A stretch of DNA of 64,000 nt, from assembly GCA_964016885.1 (NCBI GenBank), contig OZ024741.1, forward strand, positions 310,186,001 to 310,250,000, given 5' to 3'. The translations under genes were made by a program, and so were the position numbers. Shown piece after piece: positions 24,845 through 38,829 of the stretch. This stretch comes from Eledone cirrhosa. Lineage: Eukaryota. Numbering within the stretch: position 1 is the first letter of the stretch; the number at the start of each line of letters is the position of its first letter. The notes under the pieces were generated by a model. The model made no database searches, was not told the DNA's origin, and saw only the letters and a list, made by a program, of their open reading frames with translations.

Positions 24845-25100
24845 GAGGCACATGGCCTAGCGATAAGTGTGTTGAATTTATGATCATAATGTCATTGGTT
24901 TGATTCCTGGGCTGGTTTGTGTGATGTGTTCTTGTGCAAAACATTTGCACATTTCATTTTATGTTGCTCCAGTATACTCAGCTGAAAATGAGTTCCAGTA
25001 ATAGCTGGTGGTTTAACCCTGCGATGGACGGGCATCATGTTCATGGAGGAGTCTTCTACTCTGTCGCTCAATGCCAAGAAACTAGGATAAGTACCAGTCA
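24845..25100 (+). mobile_element. tRNA-derived SINE (second family; related piece at ~17700-17900)
   Basis: A-box-like TGGCCTAGCG, B-box-like GGTTTGATTCC, central CCTGCGATGGAC..GCATC..GGAGGAGT motif. Confidence 0.6.
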
Positions 25101-25509
25101 TAACGTCATAAATACACAATCATAACGTCATATGTTTGGCTCCCAGTGGCATATTTTCTTTTTGAGCAATACACTTTATTTCATGTTGCTTCAGTCCACT
25201 CAGCTGGCAAAAATGTAATTCCAAAGGCTAACCTTGTCACATTCTGTCATTCTGAATGTCTCTGAGAACTATGTTATCTGTGTCTGTAGAATGCTCAGCT
25301 ACTAACACATTAAATAGGCTGTTCTGTTGGTTGAAGCAACTGGAACACTTGTCCTTGAAATGAATGGAGATTCAAAACACATTTGTATGTGTATATGTAT
25401 TTACATTTGTGTGTAAATGTGTGTTGTCCATGTAGAGGTGATGGTGTATGTATATGGGTAGGAAATGATAATGAGGTAGGTGGAGTAAGCATTTTATTAG
25501 TTGTGAAGT

Positions 25510-27290
25510 GGATAGACTTATTAACTGAGGTAGTTAGAATAAAAGAGAATTGTCATAAAATGGAATGAAGAGGGATCAAGACTCCTAGAATTCTGTGATG
25601 TGAATAACCAAACCATTTGCAATACTAACTTCAGGAAATCGGCTAGCTAACCACTTCATCACCTACCAATCAGGTGAGTATGCAAGCCAGATTGACTTCA
25701 TGCTCGTTAGAGAATGGGATATATGGTTATGAATACTAAGTCTTTTCCCAGAGAAAAATGCATCACCCAATACAGTTTAGTTGTTAATGACATCAGCATA
25801 AGAATCAAATAGAATCAGAAATCTGGACAAGTATAGAATGGAAGCTAAAGGATTTCTCTGTTAAATGTTGGTTTGGAAAAACTCCACATGATATTTACAA
25901 CATGAGAAAAAGAGATACATATAGTATAGAGGAGAACTGGAAGTTTTTATGGAACAACCTTTTTCATGCTACTGATGAGATCTGTGGCTTGAGCAAGGTA
26001 CTTGTCAGATGAAAGGTTACTTGGTGGTGGAATAGTACTATAGATAGAGCCATTAAAGCTAAGAGACAGGCATGAAAGACTGGAAACATGGAGGCAGCCA
26101 AGAGCAATGGGAAGTAGCTAAGAGAGAAGCTAGGCAACAGGTTTAGAGAAGCAGAAAGCAAGAGGTTTGCTAATGTCTTGCAATGTGAGGATCAACAGCA
26201 TGAGGGTGTTCTGCCTAGTGAAGTAATGTGTTAGAGTGAATCGGGATGTTGTTGGGGAGAAATGCATTCAGAATAGCAAAGGCACACTTTGCCTTACTGA
26301 CACTTAGAAGAAAGAGGCTCCTATGAGAGGTTGATAAATGGAGAAGAAAAGGGAATACCAATAGTAGACTCAACAGAGGGGCCAGCTATCAAAATAGACA
26401 GTTGTAGGGTAAAAAAAAAGCTATCAGGGAGATTTAAAATGGTAATGCCACTGGACCATCAGATAGTTGCTGAGATGCTGAGAGCACCTGGGAAGTTGAA
26501 CTAGTCACCCACATATTCAATTAAGTAATACACAATGGTGTCATATCCAATGACTTGTGTAGCAGTATAATGATCAATGTAAAGGGAAAAGAGGTGTTGG
26601 ATCAAGTTATGAAAATGACAGAAAATGTTAGCACAACTAATTGGGGAAAGACTCAAATGAGATGAGATGCTCAATATGTAGAAAAGGAAACTTTATACAA
26701 TGTACACGATATAAGTGGTGTAGAGGGATTGCAGGCAGACTAAGAGAAAACCTTGCATGCTGCATATACACAGGAACAGTATGTAGCAGGAGCAGCAGTG
26801 AAATGAACCTTTTCCAATTTCAAAGAAGGTGCCTTAGAAGTAGTTGGTAGTTTCTGCTACTTAGGTGACCTTATTAGTAGTAGAGGAGGTTGCTCTGAAA
26901 GCATAGTAGCTAGAATAAGAGCAGACTGAAAGACGTTTAGGGAACTGCTACGTATGTAGACAGCAAAAATATTTTCTCTACAAGCAAAGGGTAGATTATA
27001 TGATGCTTGTGTGAAAATTGAGATGTTGCATGGCAGTAAAACATGAACAGTAAATGCAGTGGAAATACAGAGACTGAAGAAAAATCTATTGTATATACTG
27101 TCGGATGTGAAATGTTAGTGTGCATGAACAATGGGGCATGGGTGACCTTGAGTAAAGCTGCATATAAGAAGAATCAGGTATAGTGTGCAAGAGAGAAGAT
27201 TATGCTGCTGGTATGGATATGTGATGTGTATGGAGGATGAACACTGGGTGAAGAAGTGTGAGGTTATAGAGGAGATGACTGGCATGGAAA
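25510..27290 (+). mobile_element. Older decayed RTE-clade LINE with internal deletion
   Basis: Endonuclease remnant (QIDFML), TDEICG, TWWWN and GPAIKID, then a jump to the Cys finger and WYGYVM; many stops. Confidence 0.8.
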
Positions 27291-28316
27291 AGTGACAGTA
27301 GAAATGGTATTTATGAGGTGACTGTGTCGTGTATGCATGTTGAATGTGTATGTATACACACACACTCATATACATACATGTGTGTGTGTGTTTCTGAAAG
27401 GTTTGGGAATGTGTGTCAATGCATGCCATTGTGTGTGTATAACTGCATTTAAGGGATGGACTGTACCTATGTGTGTTAGGGTGATTTGTATTATGGAATG
27501 TCATACACGCACACACACAGCCTCCCCACCCCAAAACATACATACATACAGATTCATGCTACACAAGAACAGGAGTTGGTTAGGGACAAATCACCTGTCG
27601 AAGCAGCCAATCGGAATCAGTCAATGTTGTTATTGGCTTCGACCCCATTTTTTTAAACACACCCCCTTCCCAGATGTCATGACCTCCATCACATTAATAC
27701 CACTCACCCTATTATTGTCTCATTTACGCATACATTGGCTTATTGTTATAGAGTTATCTGATATAGCTGCGGAAATTAAAATTGAACAGAATAACATATA
27801 CGGGTCTCATGTCCAGCCTAGTCTCAGACAGCATGACAATCCATCGGACTTGGTGGGCATGGGAACTAAATGTTTAACGATGAGGAGGATCTTTAACGCA
27901 TTCCACACACTTGATACATCTCCCCTGTCCAACCCATTCATACATGAAAAGCAGGATATGCTCCACACCTGCGTTTCCCCAGTGCTGTTGCCACGCTAAA
28001 AACACCCAGTCCACCATACACGATGATAGTGCTGGTGCCATTACAACAAAAAATACCCATCCACCCTGTAAGGTAGTTGTACAGGTGCCACGACGAAAAG
28101 CATCCAGTCCACACTGAAAAGTGGTAGCAGTGGTGCCATCAAAAAGCTCCTAGTACATAATCAATTTACACTACAAACAATACACAGAATTCATAATTAA
28201 TAGGACATGTTTCAATGACTAGATTTAGTCATCTCATCGGTTTTGAAATAAGAACATGACTGCATCCAGCTGAGAACAAAAGAGTTCTAGTAAGTAAGGG
28301 AAAGAGAACTTTAGAG

Positions 28317-29175
28317 ACAGACTGGCAACTGAAGCTGGCTGTGGACAAGTGTACCACCATGCATTTTTGGAGGAAAAATCCAGCGTCCACATACTCCCTC
28401 CACAACACTGATATCAAGAAGTCCTCTTGTGAACGTGACCTGGGCATTACTGTCAGCAGCGATTTGCGTTGGACAAAGCATGTCTCTAAGATTGTCAAGA
28501 AGGCCGAGGGTGTCTTGGCATCACTCAGCAAGACCTTTGTTAGCCGCTCTCCAGCCATCTATTTAAAGCTGTATACAGCTATGGTACGACCACACTTGAA
28601 ATTCGCATCATCAGTCTGGAACCCTTACCTTGCTCAGAACATTGACCTCCTGGAAACTGTTCAGAGACGTGCAACCAAGTGCATACCCTCCATCAGACAC
28701 CTACCATACTCTGAACGCCTTGCTTCCCTGGGCATGGATTCATTGAAGCTCTGACATCTGGCAATGGACTTGGTAAACACCCACAAAGTTATTAACCATC
28801 TTGCCAACAACAACCCTGAGCACCTTTTTGATCTCCATGTGTCTAACACGTGGACATGCCTACAAAATCAGAAAACAGCACAGCTCCCATGACTTTTGTA
28901 AACAATTTTTCACGCTCAGAGTTGCTGAAGCATGGAACAAACTGCCTGCGTCAGTTGTTAGCTGCTGAGACACTACATCCTTTAAAACTCTCATGCTTCT
29001 CGAAATACGCCAAAACTACACCTGATGTACCCCTTCCATACACATGCACACGTGTATATCATGACTCATGCACTGTTCATTTTCCTGACGTTTGTACATT
29101 ACCCTATGTACGATACATACACTTTTTGATGAGTTGTAGTGCACCTGAGCACTACACAATATTTCATTATTATAA
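28317..29175 (+). mobile_element. 5'-truncated CR1-clade LINE
   Basis: DKCTTMH, ERDLGI, LYTAMVRPHL, VWNPY, LETVQRRATK, AWNKLP; (TTA)n tail; same family as 6900-7244 and 32184-32945. Confidence 0.9.
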
Positions 29176-29357
29176 TAGGTAAAATTAATTATGTAAGGAC
29201 AATAACTTGATATTAAGCAGGGGCAGTAACTTAATAAAATTATAATTAAGAAGGGGAGGTAACTTAATAATATAATTAAAATTTAAAAATAGTAGCCAGA
29301 AGCAGGCTTAATAGCTTAATATAAAAAGGTTGTTTTTGTCTGGTATATAATGGGTAA

Positions 29358-30701
29358 CTTCATCATCATCACCCGGCCGTGCTTATTGCACGGATCGCCA
29401 TGACTCGTTCTCTCTAGCTTGCTTGGTCTGCCATTGCTTGTGGTAGGTTTTCTCCGGTGCACTCAGAATCTTCGTACAGTAGCTTTATGTAGGTTTGATG
29501 TGGTCTACCAATATTTGCGTACCCGTGCTTTGGTTCCATCGGATGAACTCATCCTTTGCCCTCCAGCAATGTCCAGCGAATCTTGTTCTTCTTTCTCTGA
29601 TGACGTGTGATATTGGTGATAAATTACCATGAAGAAGTTCTTTCGTAGGGGTTTGTCACCAGAAATTGTCCAGATCAGCTCGAAGTATTTTTGTATAAGT
29701 TCCGTGAATTTTCTTTTCAAGACGCTTTGTGAGAGTCCATGTTGTACATCCATATAACAGAACTAACTGCACAGCCGCTTGAAAGAAATCACATTTCAAA
29801 TTTGATGGAAGCTCAGATTTCCAGACCGTTGATGATTTATTTAAAGCAACCCAGGCTTTGCCGATTCGGACATGAACATCACTTTGGGACAGATCTTCTT
29901 TTGCGATTTTACTTCCAAGGTATGTGAATTCGTCAACATTTTTCAAGGATTTTCCAGATGTTATCGCTCTGGTTTTACATCATATATTCTGTCATGTCCG
30001 AGTAGACAGCACTTTCAAGGTTGTGTAAGAGAGACTCCGCATCACAAACCTCATCTGCTAGTCGCACCAGCCCATCAGCATAGTCAGCATCTGTGATGGT
30101 CACAGTTTGAAAACATCTGCTTCTGGCTGGTTGAAGAGTGAATCCTTTGTCTTTCATTTCACCTACAGAAGTGCGTAGAACATAATCTTAACATACAATG
30201 AACAGGTAAGGTGCCAAGGTGTTTCCCTGGAGGACGTCAGCCACTATGTCAACGAACTCCGTGTCGCCACCAGGAAAACGAATTATATATTGAGTATTTC
30301 TATACAACATCATGATGGCATTGACAATTTCCTTTGAGACATCGTATACAAGAGGCATTTCTTACATGTATCGAGTCAAAGACCTTAGAAAAGTCACTAA
30401 ATAGGAAGTCTGCTTTCGGGTTCCTCGCACAAATCTTTGAGCTAAGAATCTGGGCAGATATTGATCTATTTCTTCGAAAGCCATTTTGGTTTCTCCTTAA
30501 GATTTTTTTCGATCTCCGGTCATTGTAGACTTTGGCAGATATGATTGTAAGAGTAATCCCTCTATAGTTTTTGGTGACACCAAGATCTCCCTTCTTTGGA
30601 AACAGGAGGATGCATCCTTTACTCCAGTTCTCTATGCAGTTTTGATGGTAAATAGCATTGAAGAAGTTTTCCAAACTTCAGGCGGGATTTCGTCCAAACC
30701 C
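29358..30701 (-). mobile_element. Decayed RTE-clade LINE (different family)
   Basis: GLDEIPPEVWK, FPKKGDLGVTKNYRGITL, QNGFR, DFSKVFDSI, DYADG, FTYLGS, LLYGCTTW; (GAT)n tail. Confidence 0.85.
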
Positions 30702-31855
30702 GGTTTAAAACACCCAAGTTACGCCGTGTGTCATGAGGGTATCCCTTTCGTCCCCATATGGAGAGGGATGGGCTCCACTAGGTTTAAAATACCCAAGTTA
30801 CGCCGTGTGTCATGACGGCACCCCTTCGTCTCAACCTGGAGTTAAGGGCTTTTTACCTATAATTGTTACTTGGCATAATTGATGAAGCGTCGGTTAAAAT
30901 ATCATTGTGATATTTGTTCTGGCTCTTTACACCTTAAACTCATAAACTGTATAATTTACTGTAGTTGGTGTCTATTAATATTCTCCCATTTCTGTTGTTG
31001 TTTAAGCTCATGTCAGTCATAACTGAGGAAAGCCGTGATCGAATGTATTCCAGTCAACATCATACTGCCATGTAGGTGTCTTGCGGAAAACATTATCCAA
31101 AGTGTTTTTGACTGCTTTCTTTAGCAGGTCGAACGTCCATAAAGAAAGTTTCTCATCCTGTTTTTTTTAAAGAAATATGTTACCCATTCAAATTATTTTC
31201 CAACAAAGAAATCCGCAGTAATCAATTAGATGTAGCCAGATCTCAGAAAGTTGCATCTGTAAAGTTTGGAGTGATACAAGATATTTAAATAACTTTACTT
31301 TGTGCATTATCCTTATTCAATAGACATGTTATAAATATTATCTCAATAACTATATATTTCCCAAACCCAGTTAAAATAAAATTAAAATACAGGATAACAC
31401 TCAATCTGATGAAGTCTAAGACAAGTATCATAAAATATATTATCCAGAAATCTAATTATATAAGAAGATAAACACTTTTTTAAACAGTTACCAACTTGCA
31501 TCAATCACTGATGTATGTACCTAAGGCATATTACCTATAAGAAATATGACTTACATGGCCACGATAATATAAACTGTCATGACATATGTATTGAGAAACC
31601 GAACCGATTCGCAAATCAAGACTGTTACTGATTCTATCGACTAATCAGTAGAGGTGAAAATCACATTCGTATCAGAACATAAATGAGTGAAAATAAATGA
31701 CACAAGGACATATTTTATATTGGTTAAAATAATTATCTTACCTAGGTTAATTGTTTCAATTATATAAGAATGGAGGAATTAGATTGTTCGATGAGAATAT
31801 CTCTCTGGAAATTTTTAGTGATACGAGAAGTTGTCTTCGATGAGAAATAAATAAT

Positions 31856-32040
31856 TGTTTCTACTTTTGGCACAAGGCCAGCAATTACCCAGTGCATTAC
31901 TGGTACTTTATTTTATCGACCCCGTAAGGATGAAAGGCAAAGTTAACCTCGGCGGGATTTGAACTCAGAATGGCAAGGGCCGTAACTATGCGTCAAAGCA
32001 TGGCGTCCGACCCTCTACCGATACTGCCAATCCACCGCCT
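31856..32040 (-). mobile_element. SINE with 16-bp target-site duplication
   Basis: ATGAGAAATAAATAAT at 31840-31855 and 32041-32056; body homologous to 6157-6347. Confidence 0.88.
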
Positions 32041-32183
32041 ATGAGAAATAAATAATGTGTTATAGATATGACTGAATATGAGATTGTGACCAAGTCGTCA
32101 TTCCCTCGTCAATTATTTTTATTTTGTTAAGTACAATGTTATTTAATCATTTCATTTTTAAATTTCCATTTGGAATATTAAAA

Positions 32184-32945
32184 CCCAGCGTCCACATACT
32201 CCCTCCACAACACTATTATCAAGAAGTCTTCTTGTGAACGTGACCTGGGCATTACGGTCAGCAGCGATTTGCGTTGGACGAAGCACGTCTCTAAAATTGT
32301 CAAGAAGGCCGAGTGTGTCTTAGCATTACTCAGCAAGACCTTTGTCAGCCGCTCTCCAGCTATCTATTTAAGGCTGTATATAGCTATGGTGCGGCCACAC
32401 TTTGCATCATCAGTCTGGAAACCCTATCTTGCTCAGAACATTGACCGCCTGGAAACTGTTCAGAGACGTGCAACCAAGCGAATACCCGCCATCAGGCATC
32501 TACCATACTCTGAACGCCTTGCTTCCCTGGAAATGGATACATTGAAGCTCCGACAAAATTATTAACCATCTTGCCAACAACAACCCTGAGTACCTTTTTG
32601 ATTTCCATGTGTCTAACACAGGTGGGCATGCCTACAAAGTCAGAAAACAGCACAGCTACCATGACTTTCGGAAACACTTTTTCACGCTCAGAGTTGCTGA
32701 AGCATGGAACAAACTGCCTGCATCAGTTATTAGCTGTCGAGACACTGCATCCTTTAAAACCTCCATGCTTCCTGAAATTCGCCAACACTACACCTAATAT
32801 TCCCTCTCCATACACACGGACACATGTATGACTCACACTATTCACTTCCCTGACATTTGTATATTATTCTATGTACTATACATGCACCTTTGACGAGTTG
32901 TAGTGCACCTGAGCACGGTACACAATAATTTCATTTTTATTATTA
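32184..32945 (+). mobile_element. 5'-truncated CR1-clade LINE
   Basis: Closely matches 28380-29175 (RWTKHVSKIVKKAE...VAEAWNKLP) and shares its 3'UTR. Confidence 0.9.
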
Positions 32946-35900
32946 AAATTGATAATTATATTTGATTTAACTATAACTTTATAAAAACCATGTTTCGTTT
33001 GGTATTAACCTGACAACTATATAATACTCTATACTACATACTAGTTCTCACTTTTAACACAATCTTGTTGAAAATATAGCTACTCTCACAGAAACCAGGT
33101 ACCATGATTGTACAGAAGAAAAGACAGCGGAAAAAACAGTGAAAAAGTTAGAGGAAAAGACAGAGGAAAAGACAGGAAAAAATCTGGAAAGAAGGGAAAG
33201 TAGACTAACTGAAGATATTTCTTAAGATACGGGTGAGTTGATTGTTTTACTAACTCTTCAATGTCTATACTTAGTTTGGTAAAACTATAATATTCTCAAA
33301 AACCAAAGAAATATTTTATAACAGTCTCTGTTATGTGACTTTTACTCATATATGATTTCCCATGAATTTACGTGGAGAAAACCTGTAGATGATTAGAATA
33401 TCCACCGAGCGAATTCTAGAGGAATCTATATTCTGGGGAGACGGACTGTATGTAGTGATTTATATGGACATTTAGAAGAAGTTATTTAGTTGTGAGTTAA
33501 TTGAGAGAGATATATAGATATATCGATAGATATGGATGTGTTGAGAATGTATGTATTTGTTTGTGTATTGTATCACAGAGAAATCACCATTGAAGCAGTT
33601 CAAAGGAATGTTGTGGTAAATATGATCATAAGGCATTACGACGTTTTTTGAGATATAATTTATTTACAAAACATGAGAAGTTAAGTTAGCAGTGAGGACA
33701 TGTCATAAGAAATGAAACAAAACAAATTAAGATGCTGTAAAAGAATACGCAGACCTATGGCTGAAGTTAGAAGCCACGGCTGCGGTAATTGTTCGATAGC
33801 TACATTTTTGAATGTTTGTTGAGGAACAAAAATCAAGAGATATTTACCTTCTGGTGACGAGGTGCAAAGAGAGAGATCTTCGAAGAGAAGCGGGAAATTT
33901 TCCCTTTCGGCGGAAGTTGAAATACATCTCCCTACGCTGGTAGCGATTGGCTGAACTGAGCCAAACAACGTACGGAGAATGTATTCAAGAGCCATCAGAA
34001 TGTAGGTCACTACAATACCCCCTATTTAGCCTAGAAGGCGATATATAAGATTGAATTAGCAGGAAAAACGCTGAAAGAGAGCACATCAATGACAAAATTG
34101 AACAAAAGAATGCACACAAGAAGAAAAATGAAGCGCTAAGTCCCTTGTTGAGCCGCTGTGTCAAATGACTAGCTGTTTTGCTATTTAAACGTGACCACCC
34201 GGGGTCTAACAGAAAATTGATAAAATCTGACATGGGAAAAGTTGCTGTTCTTGCATTAAATGTTAACTGTTCTGGTAAGTGTTGTACCAGAGCTGTGTGG
34301 ATGAAGCTGTTATGGTAGTTTACCAATAGCTGTTGTTAATGATAGTGCTGTTCATGTTTTACCAGAGCTGTATAGTTGTTATGGTAGTTTACCAGTAGCT
34401 GTGTAGCTGTTATGGTAATTGTTGTACCAGAGCTGACAAGAAGATGATGGGTAGGCGAGAAATTGTCGGCCTCCCAGATGAATTGCCGAAAGTGCTAGGC
34501 AGCCAGGAAAAAATGGCTAAAGTTGCTTTGAAATGAAAGCAAGTTGAATCTGTAGGTGGGTAGTAGTTGAAGCTGTAATTCTGGCGATTCGTCGGAGAAA
34601 TGATGAAAATACTGACAGGTCCAGTTCCATTGTTGCTTTCCCAGTGAGTCAGGTAAAGTAACAAGATTGAGGTTGTTATGCTACAGGACGACGATCGAAG
34701 TCGAAGATTGAAGACAAATTTAGAGTCACCAATATTATGAACGCCACGCCTGACGCCATAGTGGTGAGAAGACTGTGTTGAAGCAGTGAATCTTCAGTAA
34801 ATAATTGATGGTCAGAAGGTGTGGTGGTTGCGTCGGTAAGGCTATAAAGCTGCCACATCGTTATTCTGTTGTTGGTTAGTGGTTAACCATGTGTTGTTGC
34901 TGCTGATTTTGTTGATAGTTGATGGTAGCTATGTTGAAAAAAAACTTTACCTCGTGCTGTGACTTTTTAAAAGACAGCTAATTTTTTTCTCAAATAATAA
35001 GTGAAATACCTTAATCGAAGAGTTGGTAGCTTCTCATTGGTAGTAAATGCTTCTGACTTCCAGGATATAAAAATGGTTGCGCGCGCAGTGAGAGCCAACG
35101 ATTACTTTCATACGCCAGTGACAATGGTGTGTTCACTTCACAAGTTGTGAAATGTATGTGTTGGTGATCCTGTATATGGTGTAGCCATATTCAGAAACTA
35201 ATTAGTTGGGAGTGAAAATTTAGTAAGTAAGTTAATTTTATAATTTTCTTATTTTACGTCTCTCATATTATTGTTCTGCAACCCCATGCATTGAACCACA
35301 AAGTTACTAAGACAAAACCTATATATTTGCTAGCATTGATATGCATCTGTATGTATATATATGTTACTAGATATATTAATTCTTTAAAATTATCTCCAAA
35401 TTATTTGTCGAGCAATATTGGCCAAGACTGCTGCTATGGTAGCAGGCAGGCCGCTGTCTTCTTAACAAACCACTTTCCACTGATTGACCTCGATGTCACG
35501 TGATTGATTCTTTTTGAATTTGCCACCGACGCAGTAGGCAGTGATTTTCTCAATGGCTAGGAATTCAGTCCACGCTTTGCTATTTTCTATCCACTGAATT
35601 ATTTTTGTATAAGTTCCCAGAGTCCACGCTTTGCCTGGAAACTTAGCTGAGAATAGACTTCCCTGACGACGAAAAGATTCTCTATATTTTCTTCGTAAAG
35701 TATATTTATTCCATTTCAGAAACTAATTAGTTGGGAGTGAAAATTTAGTAAGTAAGTTAATTTTATAATTTTCTTATTTTTAATTAAAACAACAAGAAGT
35801 ATTATCGGCCAATACAAGCCGGAAACTCCGAAGAATATGGAGTGTACATACACTAAAGTATTGCAAGATTATGGGTAAAAATATATAATAAAAATAATAA

Positions 35901-36927
35901 AAATATATAATAAAAATTACTAAGGAGGTGTATAACATTAAGAACCATATTACAAATATAGTCCAAAGCAAAAAATCCCTAGAGCTAAACAAAGGTGGTT
36001 ATATAGAGCAGGAATTATATATAATACAATGTAATATAATATAATATACCTTTACCAATATTAAAATTACAATAAAAATTAAAAGGTACAATATACATAT
36101 GTATATATGTACGCACACGTACGCACACATACACATACATCAATACACATATCCATCTTCAACTGCACAAATTAAACCTTATTAAGAGTTTAAATATAAA
36201 AATAAGCATAATAGGAATGAAAATAATAATAATAATAATAATAATACATATACCCAATATACATGAGGTAATAATATGATATTATTATAAGTAGCACATA
36301 TAATAAATAATAAACTATACAATTATATACTATATAATATAATATAATAGAATAGATAATCTCCGGTTAATTTACACAAACAATATAGATGTCGCAATAA
36401 TACTATAATAATAATATACTAACATTTATAATATACAATATATAATGGCATTCAAGTTAACAAATCAATTCATATAGAGTTACAGAGTAGGTGAGGAAAA
36501 ATAAATTGTACAATACCCAAAAATTATGATGGTACAAAAAAAATATAAACATCCTACATGATATATAAAGTTTAACATATCATAATGTTACATATAATTA
36601 ACGGTAAGTATTAAGGATCGATATTACAATAACAAATACAATATAATGTAATATATTATATAAAATAATTAACATAATATAATATATAATTACTTATAAT
36701 TACAAAGTTGGTAAACAGACATGTATGTGGATGAGTGAGTAAGTGCCAGACAGTAAATATAATGCACAGTAGTATTACAAATAAAATATAAAATATAAAA
36801 TATAGAATAAAATAAATAAATAGAATCAACCGGAAATTAAAAAACAAAAACAAAAGTATACATTTAGGTCTCACATGCAGTTATGTAAAAACTAAGGAAA
36901 TAACCCCGGTAAATGACTCGAAAACCC

Positions 36928-37584
<657 letters not shown>

Positions 37585-38681
37585 TAAAATAACCGTTTTT
37601 TTAAGGATTAATATCTAAATTCCATGCTAAGATGGATGATTTGTACTCTTGTTGGTATATGACTTTGTCTCCTCTATTCAACTATGTGGTGCTTTAGATG
37701 ATGTGTCTTGAGTATCTAATTGATAATACTTGCATCTATATTTGATTTTTTTACTTTGATGATTATATTTATTTGCTCAACATTACATTAGCTCATTTGG
37801 ATTGAAGTATGCAGTAAAACTTATAGTTTTGCACTTGTCTGTAACCCCTGGCTTTGCTACACGTGCATCTAAGCTTTTTAAAATATGTTTTTAAAAATAT
37901 TTTTTTAAATTCATATTTGAGTTGCATGCCTTCTCTTATTAACTTTATCAACTTTCTTAACTATTTATGATATATAATTTTCACTGTACTTAATCTATCT
38001 GTAACAGCATGTTTTTTTTAGTTTTTTAGTTTTTTATTGCATTTATCTGCTCCTATTTTTCATGTTTTTTCCGCCTCAGTTACCTTATATAAATTTTGAT
38101 GTTTATGCTTATCTAACCTCCCATATTATGTATCCTCTTAATGTTCTTTTGACAAAGTTTTGATCTTATATTTGTGTTTGACTTTTGTTATCAACTCCGA
38201 TGTTTGCAGCGTTGTGTTCGGATGAAACGATCGTTAGTAATTAAATGTTTGAAAGTTTAAACACTCTTTGAGATTGTCATATATATATATATGTATATAT
38301 ATATCTGTGTGTGTGTGTGTGTGTGCGCGTATGTTTATATATATTTACAAACTCACAAATTTAAAACATGATCACGTGCGTTTGTTTCGTGTGAGAATTC
38401 AATGATGGGGCATTTCGATAGTTTGCGTCCTACATCTGTCTCTCTCCTCTCACACAGTGTTAATATGAAATATCCATCTGCTCAGTGGTATAGCACAGCT
38501 ATATTTATATGTATCTATATCTCTTTAAATAATTGTTTCTACTTTAGGCACAAGGCCAGCAATTACCCAGTGCATTACTGGTACTTTATTTTATCGACCC
38601 CGTAAGGATGAAATGTATCTATATCTCTTTAAATAATAAACGCAACATATATGTCTCAGTTTATCTATTTAGTTGCAGTAT

Positions 38682-38829
<148 letters not shown>

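Noticed and set aside
27337-27999. 220-aa ORF as a host gene
   Set aside because: Runs through CA/TG repeats and retroelement-derived motifs, with no recognisable domain.
38193-38238. Minimal hammerhead (GAAACGATCGTT palindromic stem III)
   Set aside because: No CUGANGA upstream of the available stem.
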